Source: Clostridia bacterium (GTDB taxonomy: Bacteria; Bacillota; Clostridia; Christensenellales; Aristaeellaceae). From it: a DNA stretch of 64,000 bases. The number at the start of each line of letters is the position of its first letter. Within the stretch, counting starts at the first letter, position 1. Below, piece after piece: positions 1 through 7,814 of the stretch. The notes beneath the pieces are model-generated. The model ran no database searches. It worked only from the letters and a program-made list of their open reading frames with translations, and had not been told where the DNA came from. The DNA lies in the NCBI GenBank assembly GCA_017547805.1, contig JAFYOR010000064.1, positions 24,578 through 88,577 of the forward strand, read 5' to 3'. The position numbers were made by a program, and so were the translations under genes.

Positions 1-35
1 GTTTGTCAAAAAACCTCAATAGAACGCAAAATCAA

Positions 36-235
36 ATCGGTCGCGGCGGCGTGTACGGCGCGACCGCAGCGATTTTTCTGAAGGGAAATCCCATTTCCCG
101 GAAGAAAAATCGTTTCCTTGCAGATTTTACGACCGGAAGCCGTAGGCTTCAAGTAAAATCTGGTAGGGGTGGTCGTGGCGGGGGAGCTTGCTCCCCCGTC
201 CACCAGCCTGTCAAAATTCTTTTTTGACAGGCTGG
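36..235 (+). repeat. Family-1 structured repeat, copy A (five consecutive stem-loops; candidate ncRNA or structured mobile element)
   Basis: Stem-loops at 38-45/59-66, 70-79/103-112 (inner GGGAAAT/ATTTCCC), 121-130/153-162, 175-185/192-203 and 204-216/222-235. The reverse complement aligns with 30147-30341 except for one swapped hairpin cassette. The strand given is the inferred transcript strand. Confidence 0.85.
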
Positions 236-264
236 AACGCATGCTGCAGGGCATGCGTTTTTTT
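236..264 (+). terminator. Rho-independent terminator directly after Family-1 copy A
   Basis: AACGCATGC-TGCAGG-GCATGCGTT stem-loop followed by a run of 7 T. Confidence 0.7.
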
Positions 265-446
265 GTGAAAAACAACGCGGACTGTGAGCTGCATTTGCAA
301 AAAAGAAGCATGAAGAGGGGAAAATGCCGGCGGATAATGCGCGGTTCTCTACTGGCGGTAAAGAACGCGTGGAAGAAAATAAGATATACTCAATTCATCC
401 TAAGAAACAACACAAAAACCAACAGAACAAATGAGGAGGATGAACA

Positions 447-1064
447 ATGGGTGGTATGCTGAAGATGGCGATTCGCGGTTTGTGTGAGCTGGCCAGACAT
501 GAACTGCAAAAGGAGGTCGATCCCGAGAGGTTGGAAGAGATTATCATGCTTCATGCAATTGGAGCGGCGGTTTCTGCGATGGCCTCCGGCTGGATTCCCG
601 GCGCGGGCGGTGTTGTGGCGATGGGCATCGGCGTGACCTTTGTGTGTTCGATGTATATCCGGCTGGGAAATGTGCTGGGGATCACGTTCAGCAAGGGTAT
701 GATCCGCGCTGTTGCATCGGCGGTGGTTGCGGATCTGGCATCCTATGTGGCAACGCTGCTGGCGATTTCTGCGGCGGTTTCGTTCATTCCCTTTGTGGGC
801 AGCATGTCCGCTTCGACGCTGACGGCGCTTGCCAACTTCGCCTGCGTCTATCTGGCTGCGATAATCTTCATCAAGATGCTCGGCGCACTGATGCGCACCG
901 GCAAGGACGTTGGCGGCATGTCTGAAGATGAACTGATTACCGCCATCAAGCGGGAGAAAGACAACGTGGATATTGACAGAGCAATGGCCGAAGCAAAGAA
1001 GCAGTTCAAGAAAGCTGAGGCAAGCGGCGATCTGAAGAAGCCGGGCTTTACTCCGGGTGATTGA
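447..1064 (+). CDS. small membrane protein, DUF697-like glycine-rich hydrophobic core
   Basis: GAGGAGG lies 7 nt before the ATG. The 205-aa ORF has an amphipathic N-terminus, then a Gly/Ala-rich hydrophobic segment (ASGWIPGAGGVVAMGIGV...) and a charged tail. The function call is from weak motif memory only. Confidence 0.6.
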   Translation: MGGMLKMAIRGLCELARHELQKEVDPERLEEIIMLHAIGAAVSAMASGWIPGAGGVVAMGIGVTFVCSMYIRLGNVLGITFSKGMIRAVASAVVADLASYVATLLAISAAVSFIPFVGSMSASTLTALANFACVYLAAIIFIKMLGALMRTGKDVGGMSEDELITAIKREKDNVDIDRAMAEAKKQFKKAEASGDLKKPGFTPGD

Positions 1065-1140
1065 GCGCGATGTTCAGGATTTCTGTGCGCTGTATGGAGG
1101 ATTATGGTATAATCCGAATCGGAGGGAGGCGGCACAGTTT

Positions 1141-3168
1141 ATGTTCGTGAAGGAGATACTATACTGCCCGGAATGCGGAGCGGAGCTGCGCGCGGGCGAG
1201 GCGTGCGCAAAGTGCGGCGTGAACAGCCAGGGCGGCAATGCGCGACCGGCAAGGATTGAAAGCGTGTACTATTGTTCACGCTGCATGCGCAGAATTGAAG
1301 CGGACGGCGTTTGCCCGCATTGCGGTTATGACCACCGGACAGGCAGAAACGAATCGCCTGCCTTGTGTATCGGTACGCTCCTGTGCGGTCGCTACCAGCT
1401 GGGTACCGTGCTGGGGCAGGGCAGCTACGGGATCACCTATGCCGGATGGGACGAGACGCTGGAAGTCCCTGTGGCGATCAAGGAGTATTTCCCGCAGGGC
1501 ATCGCCGTGCGCGAGGAGATGATGGACGCGGTCTGCGCATCCGAGGGGCATGAGATGGAGTTTGCGGTCTGCCGGGATCGTTTTCTTCGGGAGGCGCGTG
1601 TGCTGGCGATGATGCAGGAGATGCCGGGCGTTGTCCGCGTGCAGAATCATTTTGAGGAAAACGAGACGGCGTACATCGTGATGGAATACCTGCACGGAGA
1701 GACGCTGGCGCAGTACGCCGCGTCGCATGCGATCGGTGCAAAGGAGCTGCTCGATAGGCTGCTTGACCCGGTGAACGCGCTGGATGCGCTGCACCGGCAG
1801 GGCATCCTGCACTGCGACATCAAGCCGCAAAACATCATGGTGCTTGAAGACGGCAGGATGAAGCTGATCGACTTCGGTGCGGCTGCACAGGTCGACCGGA
1901 ACGAAACGGTGCGCTTTGGTTCTCCCGGGTATGCGGCCATTGAGCAGGAGCAGACGGAAGAAGGAAAATACAGCATCGGCGCGTGGACGGATGTTTACGG
2001 TCTGTGCGCGACGATTTACGATGTGCTCTCCGGCGGAAAGATGAAGCGGGCGGCTGAACGGGTGCTGAGCGACGGACTCAAGCCGATCAGGAAGCTGTGC
2101 GGACGCCTGAAGCGCAGGCAGGCGAAGGCGATCATGGACGGCCTGGCGGTCAAGCCGGACAGGCGGATTCAGAGCATGGCCGAGCTGCGCGCCCTGCTGT
2201 ATAACATGCCGCTGCCTGAGGAGGCGAGGCGGCGCAGACGGATCCTGCGAGGTGTGACGGCGATTGCAGCGATATTCACGGCACTGACGCTGGTGCTGTC
2301 GGCTTCTTTCTTCCTCGGCTATATCCGGCCGCAGATACTAGTCTGGCCGTACGATGAGGAATATGCTGCGTTAGCCTTGAAAAACGTGCGGATAAGCTAT
2401 GACCAGCAGATGGGTGAACTGGACAGCATAGAAGAAGTCTTGAAGCAGGCGGCATCGGGAAACATTCCGAATTTTCTGGACGGCTATAAAGCCTATGCTA
2501 TCGCAAGTCGTGTTTTGCAGAGTTATGCGCAGGAAAACGAAGACTGGGCGAATCGTATCCTACAGATAATGACAGGCCTTGGTCAGGTCTTTGAATGGTC
2601 AGAACGTTCTCTGGATGAATACAGCTATCTGGAAATGATTGAGCGCAGCGGTGAACGAAATACGTTCTATGGTCAGTACATGCCGCTTCTGCGCAGGATT
2701 GTGCCGGATGAGGAACTGCGGGAAGCGTATGCCGATGAATATATTGCGCTGCTTTCCGATGTGCTGCAGTGTGATCGGCGTGCTGTGAGCAGCCTGAATG
2801 CGATGGTTGTCGGGAATTTTGTCAACATGAATCCAGCCCAACGCGTTGATTTCCTTGACGATCCGGCGTCGGTGTGGATGACGCAGAAAGATTGGGAAAC
2901 GTTGTCTTTTTATACTTATCCGGCGTCGGTGTGGATGACGCAGAAAGATCGGGAAACGTTGTCTTTTTATCCGGCAGATGGATGGCGGACGCAGTACATG
3001 AAGGATCTTCGCGCGCTGTGGAAAGCGGAGGATGCACTGAGCGCGTTTGCCGAAGCGTTCATTGCGCAGCACGGAGAAGACGGGAAGACGGATCCGGAAA
3101 GTCAGCCGGCTTTGACGCCGCTGCCCATTCCCGATGTAGCTATCCCAACTGGCATCAAGCTCTTTTGA
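1141..3168 (+). CDS. Hanks-type Ser/Thr protein kinase with N-terminal double zinc ribbon, one TM helix and an uncharacterised extracytoplasmic domain
   Basis: CPECG..CAKCG and CSRC..CPHCG zinc ribbons. Kinase motifs GQGSYG, VAIKEY, HCDIKPQN and DFG. TM helix ILRGVTAIAAIFTALTLVLSASFF. Start chosen at ATG 1141 after GGAGGGAGG; the ORF track begins at GTG 1057. Confidence 0.85.
   Translation: MFVKEILYCPECGAELRAGEACAKCGVNSQGGNARPARIESVYYCSRCMRRIEADGVCPHCGYDHRTGRNESPALCIGTLLCGRYQLGTVLGQGSYGITYAGWDETLEVPVAIKEYFPQGIAVREEMMDAVCASEGHEMEFAVCRDRFLREARVLAMMQEMPGVVRVQNHFEENETAYIVMEYLHGETLAQYAASHAIGAKELLDRLLDPVNALDALHRQGILHCDIKPQNIMVLEDGRMKLIDFGAAAQVDRNETVRFGSPGYAAIEQEQTEEGKYSIGAWTDVYGLCATIYDVLSGGKMKRAAERVLSDGLKPIRKLCGRLKRRQAKAIMDGLAVKPDRRIQSMAELRALLYNMPLPEEARRRRRILRGVTAIAAIFTALTLVLSASFFLGYIRPQILVWPYDEEYAALALKNVRISYDQQMGELDSIEEVLKQAASGNIPNFLDGYKAYAIASRVLQSYAQENEDWANRILQIMTGLGQVFEWSERSLDEYSYLEMIERSGERNTFYGQYMPLLRRIVPDEELREAYADEYIALLSDVLQCDRRAVSSLNAMVVGNFVNMNPAQRVDFLDDPASVWMTQKDWETLSFYTYPASVWMTQKDRETLSFYPADGWRTQYMKDLRALWKAEDALSAFAEAFIAQHGEDGKTDPESQPALTPLPIPDVAIPTGIKLF
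2861..2970 (+). repeat. in-frame 57-nt tandem duplication inside the kinase extracytoplasmic domain
   Basis: ATCCGGCGTCGGTGTGGATGACGCAGAAAGAT(T/C)GGGAAACGTTGTCTTTTTAT occurs twice head to tail (2861-2917, 2918-2970) with one mismatch. It encodes PASVWMTQKD(W/R)ETLSFY twice. Confidence 0.9.
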
Positions 3169-3210
3169 CGCGCTGCAGAAGACGTCGCCGTCAGCAGTAC
3201 GGCGGACAGA

Positions 3211-3245
3211 AAAAGCCCCGATTTCCATGAAATCGGGACTTTTTG
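3211..3245. terminator. bidirectional terminator between kinase (+) and pfk (-)
   Basis: CCCGATTT-CCATG-AAATCGGG hairpin flanked by an A-run on the left and a T-run on the right. Confidence 0.65.
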
Positions 3246-3275
3246 TGCTTCGCTTTATTCGGATGAATTCCGGGT

Positions 3276-4355
3276 TTACTTCTTCACGCCGAAGGAAACG
3301 CCCATGTTCAGCGCCGCCTTGACCGCCTGCGCGTCCTGCGGGACGAACTTGGTTTTGCCGGCGACTTCCTTGAGCGGGTTGTGACCGACGGTGCTGCCCA
3401 GCATGGCGACGGCCTGACCATAGTGCTCCTGCGCAATGAGCTGCGCCGCGTGCACGCCGAAATTGGTGGAGAGCATGCGGTCGTAGGCGCTGGGGCTGCC
3501 GCCGCGCTGCATGTGGCCCGGGATGACGGCGCGCGCTTCCACGCCGACCTTCGCCTCGAGCTCCTTGGCGATGCGGTTGGCGATGCCGGAAAAACCGTTT
3601 TCCGCGCGGTATGCGGCGCGCTCTTTTTTCTTCATCGCGGCTTCCTGAATGGTCATTGCGCCCTCGGCGACGGCGATGATAGAGAAGTTCTTGCCGCTCT
3701 GTGCGCGCTTTAAAACCGCGTCAGCGACGGCGTCGATGTCGTAGGGGATTTCCGGCAGGAGGATGATGTCCGCGCCGCCGGCGATGCCGGAATACAGCGT
3801 CAGCCAGCCGGCTTTGTTGCCCATGATTTCAATCACCATGCAGCGGCCGTGGCTGGCGGCGGTGGTGTGGATGCGGTCGATGACGTCGGTGGCGATGTCC
3901 ACCGCCGTGTGGAAGCCGAAGGTCACGTCCGTTCCCCAGATGTCGTTGTCGATCGTCTTGGGCAGACCGATGACGTTGAGCCCCTCCTCGGAAAGGAGGT
4001 TGGCCGTCTTGTGCGTGCCGTTGCCGCCAAGGCACACCAGGCAGTCCAGCTTCATCTTCTTATAGTTCTGCTTCATGGACTTGACCTTGTCCACGTTGTC
4101 CTCTTCGATGACGCGCATGTTGCGGAAGGGGGTTCTGCGCGTGCCCAGAATCGTGCCGCCAAGGGTCAGAATACCGGAAAAGTCCGACTGCTTCATTTCT
4201 TTATAGTCGCCGGAGATCAGGCCTGCGTAGCCGTCCTGAATGCCGATAATCTCCGCGTCGAACATGGAATAACTCGCGCGTGCAACGCCGCGGATACAGG
4301 CGTTAAGCCCCGGACAGTCGCCGCCGCTGGTGAGGATGCCGATGCGTCTTTTCAT
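3276..4355 (-). CDS. 6-phosphofructokinase family protein (phosphoryl donor uncertain)
   Basis: MKRRIGILTSGGDCPGLNA, GGNGT, GLPKTIDND and MQRGG motifs. GGGAGG RBS 8 nt upstream. Confidence 0.9.
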   Translation of the reverse strand: MKRRIGILTSGGDCPGLNACIRGVARASYSMFDAEIIGIQDGYAGLISGDYKEMKQSDFSGILTLGGTILGTRRTPFRNMRVIEEDNVDKVKSMKQNYKKMKLDCLVCLGGNGTHKTANLLSEEGLNVIGLPKTIDNDIWGTDVTFGFHTAVDIATDVIDRIHTTAASHGRCMVIEIMGNKAGWLTLYSGIAGGADIILLPEIPYDIDAVADAVLKRAQSGKNFSIIAVAEGAMTIQEAAMKKKERAAYRAENGFSGIANRIAKELEAKVGVEARAVIPGHMQRGGSPSAYDRMLSTNFGVHAAQLIAQEHYGQAVAMLGSTVGHNPLKEVAGKTKFVPQDAQAVKAALNMGVSFGVKK

Positions 4356-4549
4356 GATGAGTACCTCCCGCTTGGTTAATCATCTGCCGATTAAGTCGAT
4401 CCGGCAGGAAAGATATTCTTATTTTACCACCTGACGGCGGCTGTGACAAGGAATTTCCGCTCGTGATAAAGCCGGCGTATAAAAATCCTTTGACATCTGA
4501 TGATTTATTCACCATTGACAAAATGAACCGCCGGATTTTGCCTGAAACC

Positions 4550-4589
4550 TTGACGCAAAAAAAACACGATGATATACTGTATACAGTAT
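4550..4589 (+). promoter_or_regulatory. uxaB promoter with overlapping perfect 16-bp palindromic operator
   Basis: TTGACG (4550-4555), 17-nt spacer, TATACT (4573-4578). ATACTGTATACAGTAT (4574-4589) is a perfect palindrome with a GT-N-AC core, as in GntR-type operators. Confidence 0.5.
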
Positions 4590-4668
4590 GCATGGAAGAT
4601 AGGTGCAGTATGCGTTTTCGTGCCTGTGCTGCGCTTGACACTTGCTTTTGTTCAGGAGGGACTTTCAT

Positions 4669-6153
4669 ATGATTCAGCTTAATTCTGCCTCTCTTGCTTC
4701 TGTCGGCACGGTGCGCGGCGTGAAGCCGACGACCGAGCGCGTGATTCAGTTTGGCGAGGGCGGCTTCCTTCGCGCCTTCTGCGACCAGATGATCGATCTG
4801 GCGAACGAAAAGGCCGGCATGGACGCCGGTGTGGTGATCGTTCAGCCCATCGAGCGCGGCATGATTGGCATGCTTAACGAGCAGGACGGCCTGTACACCC
4901 AGATCCTGCGCGGACAGGTGGACGGCAAGGCCATGAAGGATGTCCGCATTATTCAGTGCGTTTCCCGCGGTCTGTCTCCGTATGAGGATTTTGAAGGCTA
5001 TCTCGCGCTGGCGCGCAACAGGGAGATGCGCATCATCATCTCCAACACCACCGAGGCTGGCATCGTCTATACCGGTAAGGACGCCTTTGACGACAAGCCG
5101 CAGGCCTCCTTCCCCGGCAAACTGACCCGTCTGCTCTACGAGCGCTTCACCGCCTTTGGCGGCGCGAAGGGCACCGGCTTTATCCTGCTTCCGTGCGAGC
5201 TGATCGACTACAACGGCCGCAACCTCAAGGAGTGCTGCCTGAAGACCGCCGATCAGTGGGGACTTTCCGCCGAGTTCAAGGCGTGGGTTGAAGAAGAGAA
5301 CGTCTTCTGCTCCACGCTGGTTGACCGCATCGTTACCGGCTATCCGCGCGGCGAGGCCGAGGCGATCTGGGAGGAACTGGGCTACAAGGACAACATGCTC
5401 AACACCGCCGAGCCCTTTGGCCTGTGGGTGATCGAAGGCCCGGCGTGGATCGAGGAAGAACTGCCCTTTAAGAAAGCCGGCTGCAACGTGATCTTCACGC
5501 AGGACGTCTCTCCCTACAAGCTGCGTAAGGTCCGTATGCTCAACGGCGCGCATACTTCCATGGTGCTGGGTGCGTACCTCGCCGGTCACGAGATCGTCGG
5601 CGACTGCATGGCCGATCCGGATACCCGCAAGTATATGTCCGACGCGCTGTATAAGGAGATCATGCCGACCCTCGACCTTCCGAAGGACGAGCTGGAGGCG
5701 TTCGCTTCCGCGATCTTTGAGCGCTTCTCCAACCCCTTCAACCGTCATCTGCTGCTCTCCATCTCTCTTAACAGCCAGTCTAAGTTCCGCGCCCGCGTCC
5801 TGCCGACGATCAAGGAATACGTCGCGCGCAAGGGCGAGCTCCCCAAGATCCTGACCTTCTCCATGGCGGCGTTCATCGCTTTCTACTGCGGCAAGAAGCA
5901 GGCCGACGGCAGCTTCGCCGGCGTGCGCGCGGCGGGCAACAGCTACCCGATCGTGGACGACCAGTTCGTGCTGGATTTCTTTGCTGGCATGGACGGCAAG
6001 ACCGCTGCGGAAATCGCCAAGGCTGTTCTGACCAACGTCGATTTCTGGGGCGAGGACCTCACCGCTATTGAGGGCTTTGAGGCGAGCGTTGCGGCTTCCC
6101 TCGCTGAGGTTCTCACGGACGCCAAGGCTGCGATTGCAAAGGTTGTGGGCTGA
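4669..6153 (+). CDS. uxaB: tagaturonate reductase (altronate oxidoreductase), mannitol dehydrogenase family
   Basis: N-terminal VIQFGEGGFLRAF motif, about 494 aa, directly upstream of uxaA. AGGAGGG 8 nt before ATG 4669. Confidence 0.85.
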   Translation: MIQLNSASLASVGTVRGVKPTTERVIQFGEGGFLRAFCDQMIDLANEKAGMDAGVVIVQPIERGMIGMLNEQDGLYTQILRGQVDGKAMKDVRIIQCVSRGLSPYEDFEGYLALARNREMRIIISNTTEAGIVYTGKDAFDDKPQASFPGKLTRLLYERFTAFGGAKGTGFILLPCELIDYNGRNLKECCLKTADQWGLSAEFKAWVEEENVFCSTLVDRIVTGYPRGEAEAIWEELGYKDNMLNTAEPFGLWVIEGPAWIEEELPFKKAGCNVIFTQDVSPYKLRKVRMLNGAHTSMVLGAYLAGHEIVGDCMADPDTRKYMSDALYKEIMPTLDLPKDELEAFASAIFERFSNPFNRHLLLSISLNSQSKFRARVLPTIKEYVARKGELPKILTFSMAAFIAFYCGKKQADGSFAGVRAAGNSYPIVDDQFVLDFFAGMDGKTAAEIAKAVLTNVDFWGEDLTAIEGFEASVAASLAEVLTDAKAAIAKVVG

Positions 6154-6156
6154 TTT

Positions 6157-7626
6157 ATGAGCAGATTTATTAAGATCACCGACCGGGATAACGTCGCTGT
6201 TGCGCTGGAGCCGATTTCCGCGGGCGAATGCATCCTCGGCGTCACGCTGCTGGAGGATGTGCCAGCCGGTCATAAGTTCGCGCTGGTGAACATCGCTGAG
6301 GGCGAAAACGTCATCAAGTACGCTTTTCCGATCGGTCATGCGACCAAGGCGATTGAGGCGGGCAGCTGGGTGCACACCCACAACGTCAAGACCAACCTCT
6401 CCGGCCTGCTTGAATACACCTATAACCCGCATCCCTGCGCCGTGACGGTTGACCGCGAGGCGACGTTTGAAGGCTATGTCCGCGAGGACGGCCGCGTCGG
6501 CATCCGCAACGAGGTCTGGATTGTCAATACGGTCGGCTGCGTCAACGGAACGAGCAAGACGCTGGAGCGCCTTGCGCAGGAAGCCTATGGCGACCGCGTG
6601 GACGGCGTGCACTGCTTCGTGCATCCTTACGGCTGCAGCCAGCTGGGCAGCGACCACGAGAACACTCAGAAGCTCCTCGCGTCGATGGTTCGCCATCCCA
6701 ACGCGGGCGCGGTGCTGGTGCTTTCTCTGGGCTGCGAAAACAACAACGTCGCGGAATTCAAGAAGGTTTTGGGCGATTACAACCCCGAGCGCGTCAAGTT
6801 CCTCATCACCCAGAACGTGGAGGATGAGATTGAAGAGGGCATGAAGCTTCTTGACGAGCTGACGGCGTACGCCAGCCAATTCAAGCGTGAAACCGTTCCG
6901 GCTTCCGAGCTGGTGATCGGCCTCAAGTGCGGCGGCAGCGACGGCCTGTCCGGCATCACTGCCAATCCGCTGCTGGGTTCCGCTTCCGATCTGCTTGCGC
7001 GCCACGGCGGCACCACGCTGCTGACCGAGGTGCCGGAGATGTTCGGCGCGGAAACGATCCTCATGGATCGCTGCAAGGACGAGGAAACCTTCAAGAAGGC
7101 TGTTGCGCTGATCAACGACTTCAAGGCGTATTTCATCCGCTATAATCAGGAAGTTTACGAGAACCCGTCCCCCGGCAACAAGGCCGGCGGCATCACGACA
7201 CTGGAGGATAAGTCCCTTGGCTGTACGCAGAAGGGCGGTACCGCGGAAGTGCGCGGTGTGCTCAAGTACTGCGAGCAGGTCACGGAAAAGGGCCTCAATC
7301 TTGTTCAGGGTCCGGGCAACGACATCTGCGCGATCACCGCGCTGATGGCTTCCGGCGCGCAGATGGTGCTTTTCACCACAGGACGCGGAACGCCGGTCGG
7401 CGCGCCGATTCCCACGGTGAAGGTGGCGACCAATACGCCCCTGGCGATGAAGAAGCACAGCTGGATAGACTTCAACGCCGGCGTGCTCGTTCAGGGCGCG
7501 GGCATGGAAGAGACCACCGAGGAATTCTTCAAAAAGCTGCTGGCGATCGCCTCGGGCGAAAAGACCCAGAGCGAAAAGCACGGCTACCGCGAGATTGCGA
7601 TCTTCAAGGATGGCGTCACACTCTGA
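6157..7626 (+). CDS. uxaA: altronate dehydratase
   Basis: 489 aa with an N-terminal SAF-like domain (ITDRDNVAVAL) and a UxaA-family C-terminal region (GCENNN, CGGSDG, TGRGTP). Starts 4 nt after the uxaB stop. Confidence 0.9.
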   Translation: MSRFIKITDRDNVAVALEPISAGECILGVTLLEDVPAGHKFALVNIAEGENVIKYAFPIGHATKAIEAGSWVHTHNVKTNLSGLLEYTYNPHPCAVTVDREATFEGYVREDGRVGIRNEVWIVNTVGCVNGTSKTLERLAQEAYGDRVDGVHCFVHPYGCSQLGSDHENTQKLLASMVRHPNAGAVLVLSLGCENNNVAEFKKVLGDYNPERVKFLITQNVEDEIEEGMKLLDELTAYASQFKRETVPASELVIGLKCGGSDGLSGITANPLLGSASDLLARHGGTTLLTEVPEMFGAETILMDRCKDEETFKKAVALINDFKAYFIRYNQEVYENPSPGNKAGGITTLEDKSLGCTQKGGTAEVRGVLKYCEQVTEKGLNLVQGPGNDICAITALMASGAQMVLFTTGRGTPVGAPIPTVKVATNTPLAMKKHSWIDFNAGVLVQGAGMEETTEEFFKKLLAIASGEKTQSEKHGYREIAIFKDGVTL

Positions 7627-7650
7627 TGCTGTTTCATCATTGAAACATTG

Positions 7651-7730
7651 CTTAAAACCGCGCGAAGCGAAGAAGGGAGTCTGAGGGATGAAGTTCCTCA
7701 GGCGGGTTTGGGCGGCGGCCCAACGTATCT
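7651..7730 (+). repeat. Family-2 post-stop-codon repeat, copy 1 (core only)
   Basis: CTTAAAACCGCGCGAAGCGAAGAAGGG + hairpin CTGAGGGA-TGAAG-TTCCTCAG + hairpin TTGGGC-GGCG-GCCCAA + CG. It lies 25 nt after the uxaA stop, inside the uxa operon. Confidence 0.8.
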
Positions 7731-7814
7731 TTGATCTTACTGACGCGGAGTTTTATAGAAATAACTGTAATCCACCGCAATATGCGGTCAAGATATCAAA
7801 GGAGGATGAATCCA

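Noticed and set aside
3-227. 74-aa ORF across Family-1 copy A (and the matching ORFs 30254-30709 and 30273-30458 across copy B)
   Set aside because: The two copies do not conserve a reading frame: B has a stop where A continues, and the differences are non-synonymous. Stem pairing is conserved instead, so the constraint is structural.
4303-7581. 1092-aa ORF on the minus strand
   Set aside because: It lies entirely antisense to uxaB and uxaA, which have clear family motifs and RBSs. It has Arg/Ala/Gly/Leu-rich shadow-frame composition typical of GC-rich DNA, and no RBS.
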